The translations under genes and the position numbers were made by a program. The notes under the pieces were generated by a model. It ran no database searches, had not been told where the DNA came from, and saw nothing but the letters and a program-made list of their open reading frames with translations. A DNA stretch of 62,305 nt, the filler included, from Choristocarpus tenellus KU-1152 (lineage: Eukaryota; Protista; Phaeophyceae): the NCBI GenBank assembly GCA_964200185.2. It is 10 parts of 10 records of this genome, joined end to end, with 100 filler letters (N's around TTAATTAATTAA, not from the genome) between each part and the next. Parts side by side here need not be neighbours in the genome. Positions count along the whole stretch, not along the records: positions 59,040 to 62,305 come from CAXNAD020021164.1; 9 more parts are not named here. One strand, written 5' to 3'. The stretch's first letter is position 1, and each line of letters begins with the position of its first letter. Below, piece by piece: positions 61,517 to 62,305 of the stretch.

Positions 61517-61788
61517 CAGGATTGCACACATCTGACGACTACGACTAGTAATCTTGGTAATCGTAATTGTTGAGCTAATCTTGAAGAGTTTCAAGAATTA
61601 GTCATAGAATCGACTAATAATCGTGGCATTCCTGGGAAATCAATTGTTGAATCGACTAATTAATCGTGGTGAGCTGAGAAATGAATCGTCGAAGCGACTA
61701 ACAATCGTCAATTTATTTTTCGACACCCACGATCGTGATTAAATCGTTTTTACGACGACTACATAATCGTCAGACGTGTGCAGGGTTG
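61517..61788. mobile_element. Non-autonomous TIR element (hAT-like) with an internal 42-bp periodic repeat
   Basis: TGCACACATCTGACGA ... TCGTCAGACGTGTGCA is a 16-bp inverted repeat with one mismatch. CGACTA recurs at 61611, 61653 and 61695. Confidence 0.65.
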
Positions 61789-62145
61789 TAAGAAGACGAA
61801 AGACCGAATCGACGCAAAGACGCGCTACAACATGATTATAACTGTACGCCACATACTCCACAGGTCAGTGGATACGTTTCGTGGTCCTTGCAAGCTTCAT
61901 GGATAGGATGGAAACGATTACGAGCGCTTTTTTTAATGATGTTTATGTGTTAATGCGCATCTTACTGTGATGCAACCCCAAGACGAAATTATATGCCAAG
62001 CACATAAAAAAAAATGACGAATGTCACTATGGACTGTTTTTTTCCTCGAGTCGGCCTTGATCCATTCCATTTTTATCTTCTGCAGCAGAAAGGACACTTG
62101 ATCCATGCATCCCTGCGCAGCTTGCGATTCCAACTTGCTAAACAA

Positions 62146-62305
62146 GGGCCAAAGTATCTGGGGGGGGGGTGTCGGCGTCCGTTTTTCCCCCTTTTTTTTA
62201 TTTTCACTTTTTGGTATGATTTGGTTGCACGCGTCGGATTTGACATGTCAGGGGAAAAAAGAGTTGTTTGACCGAAACGGATGCCCCCTCACAAACCACC
62301 CCCTC
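62146..62305 (-). mobile_element. MITE family A at window end (low-quality, inverted)
   Basis: GGGCCAAAGTATCTG(G-run) followed by the reverse-complement family-A body. Further terminal stubs occur at 1-22, 5058-5144, 11444-11465 and 46619-46645. Confidence 0.75.

Overview
Eukaryotic nuclear DNA. The window is ten unrelated contigs (1-5144, 5245-11465, 11566-14523, 14624-21124, 21225-31828, 31929-36178, 36279-43072, 43173-46518, 46619-58939, 59040-62305) joined by artificial 100-bp N44-TTAATTAATTAA-N44 linkers, so adjacency across linkers has no biological meaning. Short exons, long GT-AG introns, a DUF3611 gene, TTAGGG motifs and the TE types suggest a photosynthetic stramenopile, probably a brown alga (inference). 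The 3' parts of four apparently intact spliced genes can be built by hand: a CRAL-TRIO/Sec14 protein, a DUF3611 membrane protein, Ku70 and SECIS-binding protein 2. There is also one tRNA-Pro(AGG). The rest is decayed multi-exon genes, Copia, Gypsy, LINE and IS630-Tc1/mariner relics, and microsatellites. The most distinctive signal is about 24 full or partial copies of three MITE families. They differ internally but share a GRSYCAAAG...CTTTGRSYC terminus and 3-4 bp target duplications, and two of them carry GT and AG splice signals inside their TIRs. Most ORFs in the supplied track are not real proteins.
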